Notes: generated by a model from the sequence alone, not told the origin. A DNA stretch of 64,000 bases from an uncultured Alphaproteobacteria bacterium (GCA_902526175.1 CABZJY010000002.1:52733-116732); one strand, 5' to 3'. Positions 10,303 to 21,149 are shown, counted from the stretch's first letter. Numbers and translations: made by a program.

Positions 10303-11397
10303 TGTCTCTAGATTATAAAGAAACGATAAATAATATTAGGGTTTTATTTGAAAACCTAAGGGGGTATGTTTGAAAAGAAAAGAATTAAGGAAGAGATAAT
10401 TGATATTGAAGCTAAATTATCTGAACAAGATGTTTGGAATGATCATAATAAAAGTAATAATTTACTAAAAAGAAAAAATTCCATTCAAAAATTTCTAAAT
10501 AATTACAATAATTTAGAAAAAAAATTTAAAGATTTAGTTGATATAATTTCTTTATCAGAGATGGAATCTGAGACCGATTTATTAAATGAGTCAATTTTTG
10601 AGCTAGAAAATTTAAATTTATTAATAAATTCTCTTTACATAGAAACCCTGATGAACGGGCAAGCTGATTCAAAGGATGCTTTTTTAGAAATTCACTCAGG
10701 GGCCGGTGGAACTGAATCGCAAGATTGGGCTGCTATGATTTTTAGAATGTATTCCAGATGGTGCGAGTCAAAGAATTTAAAATTTGAAATTATAGATCAA
10801 ACGGACGGAGAAGGAGCAGGTTATAAATCTATAACAATAAAAATTTCAGGAGATAAATCATATGGCTGGTTAAAAAAAGAAACCGGAATTCATAGATTAG
10901 TTAGAATTTCCCCATTTGATTCACAGTCTAGGAGGCATACAAGTTTTGCCTCAGTTTCTTGTTATCCTGTTATTGATAATGCTATAAAAATTCAAATAAA
11001 TGAAAAAGATATACGGATTGATACATTTAGAGCCTCTGGTGCAGGCGGGCAACATGTTAATAAAACTGATAGTGCAGTAAGAATTACTCATTTACCCACA
11101 AAAATAATTGTACAATGTCAAAGTAATAGATCTCAGCATCGTAATAAAAACATTGCCATGGAGATGCTAAAATCTAAGCTTTATGAATTAGAAATTGTTA
11201 AAGAAGAAGAAAAAAATCAAAAAGATAGAGATAGTAAATCACAAATATCCTGGGGCAACCAAATCAGATCATATGTAATGCAGCCGTATCAGATGGTAAA
11301 AGACCATAGGACAAATTATGAGGAGTCAAATGTAAATTCAATTCTTGACGGTAAAATAGATAGATTTTTAGAAGAACAATTAATTAAATTAGTTTAA
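10302..11397 (+). CDS. prfB: peptide chain release factor 2, requires programmed +1 frameshift
   Basis: Frame-0 ATG at 10302 encodes MSLDYKETINNIRVLFENLRGYV, then hits TGA at 10371. The +1 frame carries the RF2 body with SPF and GGQ motifs. The ORF track reports only 10366..11397. Confidence 0.9.
10359..10374 (+). promoter_or_regulatory. prfB +1 ribosomal frameshift signal (SD-like AGGGGG, spacer TAT, GTT TGA A)
   Basis: AGGGGGTATGTTTGAA is near-identical to the E. coli prfB site AGGGGGTATCTTTGAC. The in-frame TGA falls exactly at the frame junction. Confidence 0.75.
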
Positions 11398-11853
11398 TGT
11401 TTTTAAAAAGTTAACAACTTCGTCAACATGTCCGTTAACTTTGACTTTTCTCCAGCTATTAATTATTTTAAAATTTTTATCTATAACAAAGGTAGACCTT
11501 TCAATACCCATATATTTTTTTCCATACATTGACTTTTCAACCCACACTTGAAAAGCATTACAAATATCGCCATTTTCATCGCTTATCAATGATAAATCTA
11601 AACTATATTTTAGTTTAAATTTTTTATGTTTTTCAATATTATCTTTAGATACACCAAAAATTTTAAATCCTAAGTCTTCAATTATTTTTTTTTGAGAATT
11701 AAAAGCAATTGCCTCTTTTGTACAACCTGGTGTATCGTCTTTTGGATAGAAGTATATAATAAATTTGCAATCAGATAAATCTGCAAAACTTTCTTTTTTA
11801 CTACTATCCAGAAGGAAAGATAGATTTTTTATTTTTTTTTCAATATCATCCAT
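11389..11853 (-). CDS. bcp: thioredoxin-dependent thiol peroxidase (peroxiredoxin Bcp)
   Basis: 154 aa. Peroxidatic Cys context PKDDTPGCTKEA, typical of the Bcp/PrxQ family. Confidence 0.85.
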   Translation of the reverse strand: MDDIEKKIKNLSFLLDSSKKESFADLSDCKFIIYFYPKDDTPGCTKEAIAFNSQKKIIEDLGFKIFGVSKDNIEKHKKFKLKYSLDLSLISDENGDICNAFQVWVEKSMYGKKYMGIERSTFVIDKNFKIINSWRKVKVNGHVDEVVNFLKTLN

Positions 11854-11890
11854 TCTATAACTTTATTTCAGTATAATTGTATTATAAACT

Positions 11891-14812
11891 ATGAGATTTT
11901 TTCAATTAAATATTATTGCTAAGTTTTTTTCAATAGTGCTAATAATATTTATTTCCTTTTTATTTATATTTACAATAAGCATAAGTTATAAACCAATAAA
12001 AATTAAAGATCTATCTTACATCAATAAAAGTTTATTCATTGATTATGGTATTGATGTAAATTCTATTGGGAATATTCTGCTTTCATTTAACAGGCTCACT
12101 GGAAATTTTGAATTACTGATTGAAGATATAAATACCAATGATTTTTTTATTCCAGATGTACTTTTAGGTTTTGATTTTAAAGACTTATTAACAGCAAATG
12201 TCAAACCCGAAATTATAAAAATATATGACGCTGAAATCAAACTTGATATAAATAAAAATCTTTTTCCAAAAATTTTACTTGATACTTCAAATAATGTAGA
12301 CAAAAGTAACTTAAGCTCTTTTTTTTCAAAATTTGAAATAGTAGAAATTAATAATAGTAAAATCAAATTTAACAACCTAAAGATATTAGAATTAAATCCA
12401 GTTGATATTAAGATTACTAGTTTTGGCTCTAATCCTGAAGTTTCAATCTCAATAGGAAACTTTAAAAATGATAATAAAAATAGTTTGTTTTTAAATTTCA
12501 CTGATTCTGATAACCAGTTTAATATTGTTTTTAAATCAGATAATTTTGATTTCTCAGATGTATTCAGACTACTTAGTTTTGATAATTTAGATGTTGATGA
12601 CTTAATTATTTCCTCGATGGGCACAATAAGTTTTAACAAAGATTTTAAAATAAAAAAAATAAATGCTAAATTTAATTCAAATTCGATTAAATTTAAAAAA
12701 GTTTTAGAATCTAGAGAATTTACTATTATAGAAGAGGTTGATGGGAAAGTTGAGCTATCGGACTTTCAAAATCTTAATGCAAATTTGAACTTTATTCATA
12801 ATACATCTAATTTAAAATTATCAATAAAAGATCAACCGATGAAAGGGAAAATTTTAAATGTTTTTATAGATAACATTAATACTGAAAATTTGAAAAAATT
12901 TTGGCCAAATAATTTTAAAGTTTCAGCAAGGAATTGGGTTGATCAAAATTTAAATGCTGAACTAGAGAATATAAATTTAAATTTCTTACTTTCAGATGAT
13001 AATTTTGAAGTAAATGAATTTACTGGATTTTTTGAATTCAATAACGGAATGATAAGTTATTTGAGAGGTATGCCAAGAATATTGGAGCTTTCAGGAAAGT
13101 CAGAAATTTTAAGTGAAAAATTAGTTTTTAATATTGATAAAGGATATTCAAAAAATCTTTTCTTAAAAGATTCTAAAGTTGAAATATTTGATTTAGATCA
13201 ACCAATTGAAAATGCATCGCTTGAATTAAATATCATTTCTAAAACCGGTGATTTAGAAAAATATTTATCTTATTCTCCAATTAAAAAAAGCAATTACAAA
13301 AAATTAAAAAGCATTGATGGACAAATGGATTCAGTACTTAAAATGGAATTCCCGCTTTTATTAGATCTTAAGGCAGAAGAAATAAACTTTGAACTACAAT
13401 CCGAATTTCAAGATGCCAATATATATAATATTTTTGATAATAATGATCTCAATGAATTAAAATTAGACATTTTATTAAATCCTAAAAGATTAACTTATTA
13501 TGGAAGTGCTAAAATAAATGACGTAGATTTGGATATTCAAGGAACTGAGGATTATGACATAAATAATGAGAAAGTAATCATTAAATTTATTTTAAAATCT
13601 AATGATTTAAACGAGTATTTAAATGAATATGCAGAGAGTTTTGCTGGAGAAATTCCATTTGAAATCAATTATAAAATTGACAAAAATAAAAATTCGCAGG
13701 AAATATCAGGCTTTGGCAATATGGATAAATTAAAAATCGAAGATAGTTTTTTGGGGACAAGTTTTGATTCTAATTTAGACGGAGAATTAAAATTTAATTT
13801 ACTAATTGATCAAAGTATTCCTAAAAATGGTAATTTTGTGGTTAACTCTGACACTCTAAAAATTAATATAAAAAGGGATTATAAAAGCGACAATGAATAT
13901 AGTTATATTCTCAATAAATTTAAAACACCCAATCAGGACTTTAGAGGCAATTTAGACTTTGGTGATGTAAATAATTTAAACATAAATGGTAAAATGATTA
14001 CTTTAGATTTGGTTTCTGAAACTTCAAAATTTGATAATATGAAAAACTTAAATTTTGACTTTAATGTTGAAAAGCTTTTTTTTTCTGATACAGAAATTTC
14101 GAATCCAATTCTTAATGGTGTTATTATGAATGGAGAGTTTGAAAACTTGAAATTTTTAAAGATAGGAAACGGTATTAATCATGAAGTTAGAATTTATGAA
14201 ACAAATGGAGTAAAAACGCTTACCGTTAAATCTGATAATGCATCTGATTTATTAGGTTTTGTTAAAAAGGACATTAAAATAAAAAATGGTGATCTATCAA
14301 TAGATGCTAAAAAAGTAGATGATAGCTACACTGGCACATTAGTTATGAAAGATTTTATCGCATATGACACACCTATATTTGCAAAAATATTAAGTATTTT
14401 TTCAATTGATGGATTAGAACAAAAGTTTCTGGACAGAGGAATTTATTTTAAAAAACTTAAATCAGATTATACATTTAATCAAAATAAAATCTTTTTTAAA
14501 AACGGATTAGTAAAAGGGAGTGAATTAGGTTTGACCTTCAAAGGAATTGCAAACATGAGAGAAGATTTTTACGATATTGAGGGCACTTTTATTCCAGCTT
14601 ATACATTAAACACTCTATTAACAGATCTTCCTATTGTCGGAGATATTATTACTGCTGGATCGCCAGAGGAGGGGATAATAGCTGCAAATTACAAAATAAA
14701 AACTGTTGAGGATGAACTTGATATATCATTTAATCCTATTTCAGCTATAGTACCTAACCTTATAAAAAATTTTTTGGACCTTGGTGAGTCAAAAAATATT
14801 AAAGAAAATTAA
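11891..14812 (+). CDS. large AsmA/YhdP-like envelope protein
   Basis: 973 aa. Single N-terminal TM segment, then a long Asn/Lys-rich beta-prone body. The conserved C-terminal block (LPIVGDIITAGSPEEGIIAANYKIK) is reminiscent of the AsmA-like/YhdP C-terminus. Family assignment is from memory only. Confidence 0.45.
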   Translation: MRFFQLNIIAKFFSIVLIIFISFLFIFTISISYKPIKIKDLSYINKSLFIDYGIDVNSIGNILLSFNRLTGNFELLIEDINTNDFFIPDVLLGFDFKDLLTANVKPEIIKIYDAEIKLDINKNLFPKILLDTSNNVDKSNLSSFFSKFEIVEINNSKIKFNNLKILELNPVDIKITSFGSNPEVSISIGNFKNDNKNSLFLNFTDSDNQFNIVFKSDNFDFSDVFRLLSFDNLDVDDLIISSMGTISFNKDFKIKKINAKFNSNSIKFKKVLESREFTIIEEVDGKVELSDFQNLNANLNFIHNTSNLKLSIKDQPMKGKILNVFIDNINTENLKKFWPNNFKVSARNWVDQNLNAELENINLNFLLSDDNFEVNEFTGFFEFNNGMISYLRGMPRILELSGKSEILSEKLVFNIDKGYSKNLFLKDSKVEIFDLDQPIENASLELNIISKTGDLEKYLSYSPIKKSNYKKLKSIDGQMDSVLKMEFPLLLDLKAEEINFELQSEFQDANIYNIFDNNDLNELKLDILLNPKRLTYYGSAKINDVDLDIQGTEDYDINNEKVIIKFILKSNDLNEYLNEYAESFAGEIPFEINYKIDKNKNSQEISGFGNMDKLKIEDSFLGTSFDSNLDGELKFNLLIDQSIPKNGNFVVNSDTLKINIKRDYKSDNEYSYILNKFKTPNQDFRGNLDFGDVNNLNINGKMITLDLVSETSKFDNMKNLNFDFNVEKLFFSDTEISNPILNGVIMNGEFENLKFLKIGNGINHEVRIYETNGVKTLTVKSDNASDLLGFVKKDIKIKNGDLSIDAKKVDDSYTGTLVMKDFIAYDTPIFAKILSIFSIDGLEQKFLDRGIYFKKLKSDYTFNQNKIFFKNGLVKGSELGLTFKGIANMREDFYDIEGTFIPAYTLNTLLTDLPIVGDIITAGSPEEGIIAANYKIKTVEDELDISFNPISAIVPNLIKNFLDLGESKNIKEN

Positions 14813-16040
14813 GTATACCGTGCTTTTTCTTTCCAACAGAAATTTTAATCACTTTTTTTTTATAATTTAACTTTTTAAGTTCAAAATTTTTATCTTCAAC
14901 TTTAATTCCATCAATTCTAACTGCACCACTTTCTATCATCTTTTTAGACTCCGATGAGGAATTACAAAGGTTTATTTTTACTAGTAAGTCTCTCAATTTA
15001 ATAACTTGTTTTTCATCTAAAGAAAACTTATTTTTCTCCGGGAGTTCAGCATTACTGGAATAATTTGAAAAAATTTTGAGTGAGTTTTGTTCTGCTTTTT
15101 TTGACTCTTCTTCACCATGACAAATCTTTGTAGTCTCGTTGGCTAATAAAATTTTTGCGTTGTTCAATTCTGCCCCTTCTAATAATGATATTTCTTTTAA
15201 TTTTTCAGAGGAAATATCAGTAAATAGTCCTAAAAATTTGCTAACATCATTATCGGATGTATTTCTCCAAAATTGCCAATATTCGTAAGGAGATAACTTT
15301 TCTTTGGTAAGCCATACTGCACCTTTGACTGTTTTTCCCATCTTTTCTCCATTAGCAGTTGTAATTAACGGAGAAGTTAATCCAAAAACGTCATCAGTAT
15401 TAATTTTTTTTTTTATCAAATCTATACCTGAAACAATGTTACCCCATTGATCAGATCCTCCAAATTGTACACTGCAACCATAATCTGAATATAGTTTAAG
15501 AAAATCATAAGATTGCAATAACACATAATTAAATTCTAAAAAACTAAGATTTTGCTCCCTATCTAATCTCTGTTTAACTGATTCAAAAGAAAGCATTCTA
15601 TTAACTGAAAATTGACTTCCTATTTCTCTGATAAAGTCAATGAAGTTTAAATTTGAAAGCCAATCATAGTTATCCAAAATCAATGCACTATTTTCACTAT
15701 TATCAAATTTTAAAAATCTTTCAAATATTGAAGTTATCTTTCTTTTATTGAGTTCAATAGTTTCCTTATTAAGAATTGTACGAGTTTTATCTTTTCCTGA
15801 CGGGTCACCAATAAGTGTGGTACCTCCACCCAAAAGTATTATTGGTTTAAATCCAAATTTTTGAAAAGTTCTAAGCATCATTATTTGAACGAGTGATCCA
15901 ACATGTAAGCTTTCTGCTGTGCAATCAAAGCCTGTGTAAGCAACTAATTTTTTTGATAATTGTTTTTTTAGACCTTCTTCATTTGTACATTGATTGAAAT
16001 ATCCACGTGATTTAATATAGTCTAAAAAAGTTGTTTTCAT
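14799..16040 (-). CDS. tyrS: tyrosine--tRNA ligase
   Basis: 413 aa. HIGH-type motif (LHVGSL), KMSKS-type motif (KMGKT), and a C-terminal S4-like domain. Confidence 0.95.
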   Translation of the reverse strand: MKTTFLDYIKSRGYFNQCTNEEGLKKQLSKKLVAYTGFDCTAESLHVGSLVQIMMLRTFQKFGFKPIILLGGGTTLIGDPSGKDKTRTILNKETIELNKRKITSIFERFLKFDNSENSALILDNYDWLSNLNFIDFIREIGSQFSVNRMLSFESVKQRLDREQNLSFLEFNYVLLQSYDFLKLYSDYGCSVQFGGSDQWGNIVSGIDLIKKKINTDDVFGLTSPLITTANGEKMGKTVKGAVWLTKEKLSPYEYWQFWRNTSDNDVSKFLGLFTDISSEKLKEISLLEGAELNNAKILLANETTKICHGEEESKKAEQNSLKIFSNYSSNAELPEKNKFSLDEKQVIKLRDLLVKINLCNSSSESKKMIESGAVRIDGIKVEDKNFELKKLNYKKKVIKISVGKKKHGILNFL

Positions 16041-16045
16041 TTGTT

Positions 16046-17173
16046 ATGGCATATAAAAAAAAATTTTTTTACTCTATTGGAATTATGAATGGAACTTCTG
16101 TAGATGGTATTGATATTTCATTAATCCAATCAGACGGAAAAAGTTTCATAAAACCAATGTTTAATAAGACATATAATTACACTAAAATTTTTAAAAATAA
16201 TATAAAAAATTTTCTTGAGCAACTCAATTTGGAAAAAGTGTCTGAATTACGTAATTCCAAGGAATTTAAAATTATTGATAAAAAGTTTAGTCTTTTTACT
16301 AGCAGAAAAGTAATCTCATTTTTAAGAGATTTTGACTTTTCTCAAAAAAAGGTTGATTTAATTGGATTCCATGGGCAAACAATTTATCACAATGCAAAAA
16401 AAAAAATTTCTATTCAATTAGGATCAGGGGCAAAGATTTCAGAAAAACTTAATTTACCTGTTGTATCCGATTTTAGATCTGATGATTTATTGAATGGCGG
16501 ACAAGGTGCACCTCTTGTTCCTATTTTCCATCAAAAGATTTTTAGTAAGATGCAACAAAATTTAAGTATAGTTAATATTGGTGGTATTTCAAATTTAACG
16601 TTATTAATTGGTAAAGAAAAAGTATTATCTACTGATATTGGCCCTGGAAACAGGCTAATAGATGATTTCTGTTGTAAATATTTTAATAGAGAATTTGATA
16701 AAAATGGTAAATTATCTTCGGGTGGAAATTTTAAAACCAAGCTCGTTGATCGTTGGTTAAAGTACAAAATCTTTAAAAGAAAATTACCCAGATCATATGA
16801 TAGTACTGATTTTAAATTAAAAGATTTTGTCAAAGAGGAAAATTATAAAAAGATAGATATCCTTTCAAGTCTTGTTTTCTTATCTTCAAAACTCATAGTT
16901 AATTCAAATAATTTTTTTGGAGTAACTCCTGGAAAATTGATCTTGTGTGGTGGAGGGACTAAGAATAAAACTTTGATAAGATATTTAAAAAACTTGTGCG
17001 ATAAAAAAATAATTATATCAGATAAACTTGGTTGGCCTTCGAGTTATATTGAATCCCAAGCTTTTGGATATCTTGCAATAAGAAAAGTTTTAAATTTACA
17101 TTCAACTTTTCCGGAGACTACTGGAGTTAGTTCACCAACTGTATGCGGAAAAATTTACAGTCATTGTGGTTAA
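16046..17173 (+). CDS. anmK: anhydro-N-acetylmuramic acid kinase
   Basis: GIMNGTSVDGID matches the AnmK N-terminal motif (E. coli GLMSGTSLDGVD). ATG 16046 preferred over TTG 16031. Confidence 0.85.
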   Translation: MAYKKKFFYSIGIMNGTSVDGIDISLIQSDGKSFIKPMFNKTYNYTKIFKNNIKNFLEQLNLEKVSELRNSKEFKIIDKKFSLFTSRKVISFLRDFDFSQKKVDLIGFHGQTIYHNAKKKISIQLGSGAKISEKLNLPVVSDFRSDDLLNGGQGAPLVPIFHQKIFSKMQQNLSIVNIGGISNLTLLIGKEKVLSTDIGPGNRLIDDFCCKYFNREFDKNGKLSSGGNFKTKLVDRWLKYKIFKRKLPRSYDSTDFKLKDFVKEENYKKIDILSSLVFLSSKLIVNSNNFFGVTPGKLILCGGGTKNKTLIRYLKNLCDKKIIISDKLGWPSSYIESQAFGYLAIRKVLNLHSTFPETTGVSSPTVCGKIYSHCG

Positions 17174-17802
17174 CTTTTTTGTATATAATTACTAACGCGT
17201 TGTATGACACTATCTTCGTGATCTGAAAAGAAATGGTCAGAGCCTTTTATAATCTCGTGGTAAACTTTGATATTAGGTTGTGTATTTAATTTTTTAACTA
17301 ACGTTTGCAGAATGTTATGGTCTATCAAATTATCCTTTTCGCCTGAAACTACAAGACCAGATGCAGGACAAGGTGCTAAAAAATTAAAATCATACTTTCC
17401 AGCTGGTGGGGCTAATAATATAAATTTTGAAATTTCAGGCCTTCTCATTAAAAGTTGCATTCCAATCCATGCTCCAAAAGATATTCCACAAATCCAATAC
17501 TCATTAGTACTTTGGTTTTGGTTTTGTATCCAATCTAAGGCTATAGCTGAATCAGCTAATTCTCCTTCACTTCCATCATGTTCACCGTCAGATCTTCCAA
17601 CACCCCTGAAATTAAATCTTAGTGTTGAAAATCCATTATCAGAGAAATTTTTGTGTAATTGTAATGATAAAAAATTATTCATGTTGCCTCCATGTCCAGG
17701 ATGCGCATGTAAGATTAATACGGCTGGCGATTTATCTCTATTATTGTGGGTATATCTCGATTCTATTCTTCCCTCAGGACCACTAATTAAAACTTCAGGC
17801 AT
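17170..17802 (-). CDS. alpha/beta-fold hydrolase
   Basis: 210 aa. Nucleophile elbow GISFGA (GxSxG), with conserved His and Asp near the C-terminus. Function unknown. Confidence 0.7.
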   Translation of the reverse strand: MPEVLISGPEGRIESRYTHNNRDKSPAVLILHAHPGHGGNMNNFLSLQLHKNFSDNGFSTLRFNFRGVGRSDGEHDGSEGELADSAIALDWIQNQNQSTNEYWICGISFGAWIGMQLLMRRPEISKFILLAPPAGKYDFNFLAPCPASGLVVSGEKDNLIDHNILQTLVKKLNTQPNIKVYHEIIKGSDHFFSDHEDSVIQRVSNYIQKS

Positions 17803-17880
17803 TTCATAAACTTGACTATTTTTGTCAGAAATAGTATATTTTAAGGTTGTAAGAGGGTTATATTATTACAGAAATAATTT

Positions 17881-18654
17881 ATGTCAAAAAATATTTTTAG
17901 TTTGATTAAATCCGACTTATTTGCCGCAAAAAGTCGTGACCCAGCCGCAAGATCAATTATTGAAATTTTATTTACATATTCAGGGTTTCACGCAACTTTT
18001 TTTTACAGAATTTCGCATATACTTTGGAACATAAATCTAAAATTTCTGGCCAGATTTTTAAGTAATTTTTCTAGAGTGCTTACTTCAATTGAAATTCATC
18101 CTGCATCAAAGATTGGTGAAGGTTTTTTTGTCGACCATGGTGCTGGCCTTGTTATTGGGGAAACAGCTGAGTTAGGAAATAATGTAACAATGTATCAACA
18201 AGTTACACTTGGGGGTATTAGTCCTTCTTTAAATTCTGAAAAGCAAAAAAATCAAAAAAGACACCCTACAATTGGAAATAATGTTATAATTGGATCTGGT
18301 GCTCAATTACTTGGTCCTATAAATATTGGCAATAATTCTAGAATTGGTGCAAATGCTGTAGTCTTAAATGATGTTCCAACCAATCAAACCTACATTGGTA
18401 TACCAGCTAGAAAAGTTAGATCAAAAAATGCCATAAGTTCTTTTAAACCATATGGAATTATTGATGGAAAGATTGATGACCCAAATAAATCAACTATTGT
18501 AGGAATTTTAACTGAATTTAATGAAATTTCTTCAAGAATAAAACAATTGGAGGAAGAACTAAAAAATTTTAGTGAAAAAGAGAGATTTATTAACGAAAAT
18601 GCTACTGAAAAAAAAGCAATGGATAAGAACAATCAATTAGGGAGTGATGAATGA
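17881..18654 (+). CDS. cysE: serine O-acetyltransferase
   Basis: 257 aa. SATase N-terminal helices plus left-handed beta-helix hexapeptide repeats (GETAELGNNVTMYQQVTLGG, IGNNVIIGSGAQ). The stop overlaps the iscR start. Confidence 0.85.
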   Translation: MSKNIFSLIKSDLFAAKSRDPAARSIIEILFTYSGFHATFFYRISHILWNINLKFLARFLSNFSRVLTSIEIHPASKIGEGFFVDHGAGLVIGETAELGNNVTMYQQVTLGGISPSLNSEKQKNQKRHPTIGNNVIIGSGAQLLGPINIGNNSRIGANAVVLNDVPTNQTYIGIPARKVRSKNAISSFKPYGIIDGKIDDPNKSTIVGILTEFNEISSRIKQLEEELKNFSEKERFINENATEKKAMDKNNQLGSDE

Positions 18655-19139
18655 GACTTACTTCTAAAGGAAGATTTGCAGTTACAGCTCTTGTTGATTT
18701 GTCATTACATCAATCATCCAATCCTGTAAACCTCAGTCAAATTTCTAAAAGACAAGGAATTTCTTTGTCATTTCTAGAACAAATATTTAACAAATTAAAA
18801 AAAAGAGGAGTCGTTTTGGGCGTAAGGGGACCCAAAGGAGGATACATTCTCTCTAAAAGTGCGGAAAAAACTAAGTTATCAGACATAATAAATGCCATAG
18901 ATGAAAATTTACAGATTACAAAATGTAATGGTACTGATTTTGGATGTTCTCAAAAAAAGCATTCTGGTAAATGTTTAACTCATAACCTCTGGGTTGAGCT
19001 TAGCGATCATATATACTCATTTTTTAGTACAATATCTTTACATGATGTAATAAAAAATAATCTTAGGCGTACCAATAATGTAATTAAACTAAATAAAACT
19101 ATTTTAAAAGAGACTGGAAAAGAAAAAAAATTTAACTAA
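18651..19139 (+). CDS. iscR: Rrf2-family Fe-S cluster assembly regulator
   Basis: 162 aa. MRLTSKGRFAVTALVDL is an Rrf2 wHTH N-terminus. Cys residues lie in the region used for cluster ligation. Positioned immediately upstream of iscS. Confidence 0.8.
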   Translation: MRLTSKGRFAVTALVDLSLHQSSNPVNLSQISKRQGISLSFLEQIFNKLKKRGVVLGVRGPKGGYILSKSAEKTKLSDIINAIDENLQITKCNGTDFGCSQKKHSGKCLTHNLWVELSDHIYSFFSTISLHDVIKNNLRRTNNVIKLNKTILKETGKEKKFN

Positions 19140-19171
19140 ATTATAATTATTATAAATAAAAGAGTGATGAC

Positions 19172-20401
19172 ATGAATAAAAATATGAATTTAAAAGATAA
19201 TATTTATCTAGATTATCAAGCAACAACCCCGTTAGATCCAAGGGTTCTAGACGAAATGTTGCCTTATTTCAACGAAAGGTTTGGTAACCCTCATTCTAGA
19301 AACCATAAATATGGGTGGGAAGCAGAAGAATCTATTGAAATAGCAAGAGAACAAGTTGCCAAAATTATAAATGCTAACCCGAAAGAAGTTATCTTTACTT
19401 CGGGGGCGACTGAGTCTAATAATATTGCAATTAAAGGTATAGCTGATTTCTATAAAAGTAATAAAAATCACATAATTACATGTGTTACAGAACATAAATG
19501 TGTTCTTGAATCTTGTAGACATTTGTCAAATAATGGTTTTGAAATTACATATTTGCCAGTAAATCAAGACGGCCTTATAGATTTGAAAAAACTTGAGGAT
19601 TCCATTACTGAAAAAACTTTGTTGGTTTCTATTATGGCTGTTCATAACGAGATTGGTGTTATACAACCTTTAAAGGAAATTGGGCAAATTTGTAGAAAAA
19701 ACAATGTTTTTTTTCATAGTGACTGTGCTCAAGCAGTTGGAAAAATCAAACTTGATGTGGAGGAAATGAATATTGACTTAATGAGTATATCTGGACACAA
19801 AATTTATGCTCCTAAGGGTATAGGCGCTTTGTATGTCAGAAGAAAACCCAGAGTCAGAATTAAGCCAATGATGAGTGGCGGTGGTCAAGAGAGGGGAATG
19901 AGGTCAGGTACTCTTTCACCAGCTCTTTGCGTAGGTCTTGGTGCAGCTTGTAAAATATGTTATGATGAAATGCAAAAAGAAAACAACAGGTTAAGTAAAT
20001 TAAGAGATATGTTTTACAATGGTATAACAAAAGAGTGTAAAGATGTTTATCTTAATGGTTCGTCCGAACATAGAATTCCTGGTAATCTTAATTTAAGTTT
20101 TGCATATGTCGAAGGTGAATCACTTATGATGGGTATTAAAGACTTGTCTGTTTCGTCTGGATCAGCTTGCACCTCTGCATCATTAGAACCTTCTTATGTT
20201 TTAAGAGCTCTAGGTGTTGAGGAAGAACTCGCTCATACCAGCTTAAGAATAGGTCTTGGTAGATTTACTACTGAAGAACATGTTAAAAAAGCTGTAAAAG
20301 ATATTGTTGGTGAGGTAAATAGGCTAAGATCCCTAAGTCCGTTATGGGAGATGGCACAAGAGGGTGTTGATATTAGTAAGATTGAATGGGCACATCATTA
20401 A
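19172..20401 (+). CDS. iscS: cysteine desulfurase IscS
   Basis: 409 aa. PLP-Lys motif [12 protein letters not shown], active-site loop SSGSACTS, and a C-terminal WAHH-type tail. Confidence 0.95.
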   Translation: MNKNMNLKDNIYLDYQATTPLDPRVLDEMLPYFNERFGNPHSRNHKYGWEAEESIEIAREQVAKIINANPKEVIFTSGATESNNIAIKGIADFYKSNKNHIITCVTEHKCVLESCRHLSNNGFEITYLPVNQDGLIDLKKLEDSITEKTLLVSIMAVHNEIGVIQPLKEIGQICRKNNVFFHSDCAQAVGKIKLDVEEMNIDLMSISGHKIYAPKGIGALYVRRKPRVRIKPMMSGGGQERGMRSGTLSPALCVGLGAACKICYDEMQKENNRLSKLRDMFYNGITKECKDVYLNGSSEHRIPGNLNLSFAYVEGESLMMGIKDLSVSSGSACTSASLEPSYVLRALGVEEELAHTSLRIGLGRFTTEEHVKKAVKDIVGEVNRLRSLSPLWEMAQEGVDISKIEWAHH

Positions 20402-20419
20402 TTAAAGAAAGGATTAGTT

Positions 20420-20812
20420 ATGGCGTACAGTAAAGAATTAGTTGATCATTATGAAAGACCAAGAAATGTTGGTTCTATGGATAAAAGTTCCCCAGAAGTT
20501 GGAACTGGTCTTGTAGGGGCACCCGCATGTGGTGATGTAATGAAACTTCAAATCAAGGTAAATAATAGTGGAGTAATTGAAGATGCAAAATTTAAAACAT
20601 TTGGTTGCGGTTCTGCAATTGCTTCAAGTTCATTGATTACTGAGTGGGTTAAAGGAAAAAAAATTGATGAGGCAAGTCAGATTAAAAACACTGAAATCGC
20701 TAAGCATCTTGCTCTACCCCCAGTAAAAATACATTGTTCAATACTAGCTGAGGATGCTATTAAGGCTGCTATTAAGGACTATAAAACAAAGAACAGAAAA
20801 AATAGCACATAA
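20420..20812 (+). CDS. iscU: Fe-S cluster scaffold IscU
   Basis: 130 aa. Three conserved Cys contexts (GAPACGD, FGCGSAIASSS, IHCS) and the LPPVK Hsc-binding motif. Confidence 0.95.
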   Translation: MAYSKELVDHYERPRNVGSMDKSSPEVGTGLVGAPACGDVMKLQIKVNNSGVIEDAKFKTFGCGSAIASSSLITEWVKGKKIDEASQIKNTEIAKHLALPPVKIHCSILAEDAIKAAIKDYKTKNRKNST

Positions 20813-20819
20813 TTCGTTG

Positions 20820-21143
20820 ATGATCACTTTAACTGAAGGGGCAGAAAAGCAGGTATCTAAACTTTTAGAAAACCGTGGAAAAGTCTCTAAAGGTATTAGG
20901 ATTGGGGTCACAACTAAAGGTTGTAGTGGTTTATCGTATTCACTAGAATTTGTGGATGACATTCAAAACTCTGACGAAAAAGTAAGCTTTAGAGATTTTA
21001 CACTATTCATAGATCCAAAAGCCACTTTTTTCTTAATTGGAACACAAATAGATTACGTTGAGGACGAATTACAATCTGGCTTTAAATTTTCAAACCCAAA
21101 TGAAAAGGGCAGATGTGGTTGTGGTGAGTCTTTTCATATCTAA
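20820..21143 (+). CDS. iscA: A-type Fe-S carrier IscA
   Basis: About 107 aa from ATG 20820 (MITLTEGAEKQV). CSG plus C-terminal CGCGESF motifs. The ORF-track start at 20754 overlaps iscU and is rejected. Confidence 0.9.
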   Translation: MITLTEGAEKQVSKLLENRGKVSKGIRIGVTTKGCSGLSYSLEFVDDIQNSDEKVSFRDFTLFIDPKATFFLIGTQIDYVEDELQSGFKFSNPNEKGRCGCGESFHI

Positions 21144-21149
21144 ACAGTA

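Noticed and set aside
12043-12639. 198-aa minus-strand ORF inside the AsmA/YhdP-like gene
   Set aside because: Its low-complexity Ser/Leu/Lys-rich translation mirrors the Asn/Lys-rich sense frame. It has no start context or motif, so it is a shadow ORF.
17267-17809. 180-aa ORF on the + strand covering the whole alpha/beta hydrolase gene
   Set aside because: It is the antisense shadow of a gene with clear conserved motifs (GxSxG and others). Its translation is Cys/Pro/Ser-rich with no recognisable domain. AT-rich genomes have few stops in some antisense frames.
20754-20819. N-terminal extension of iscA in the ORF track, overlapping iscU by 59 nt
   Set aside because: The extension (MLLRLLLRTIKQRTEKIAHNSL) is not IscA-like. 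ATG 20820 gives the canonical MITLTEGA... N-terminus just after the iscU stop.
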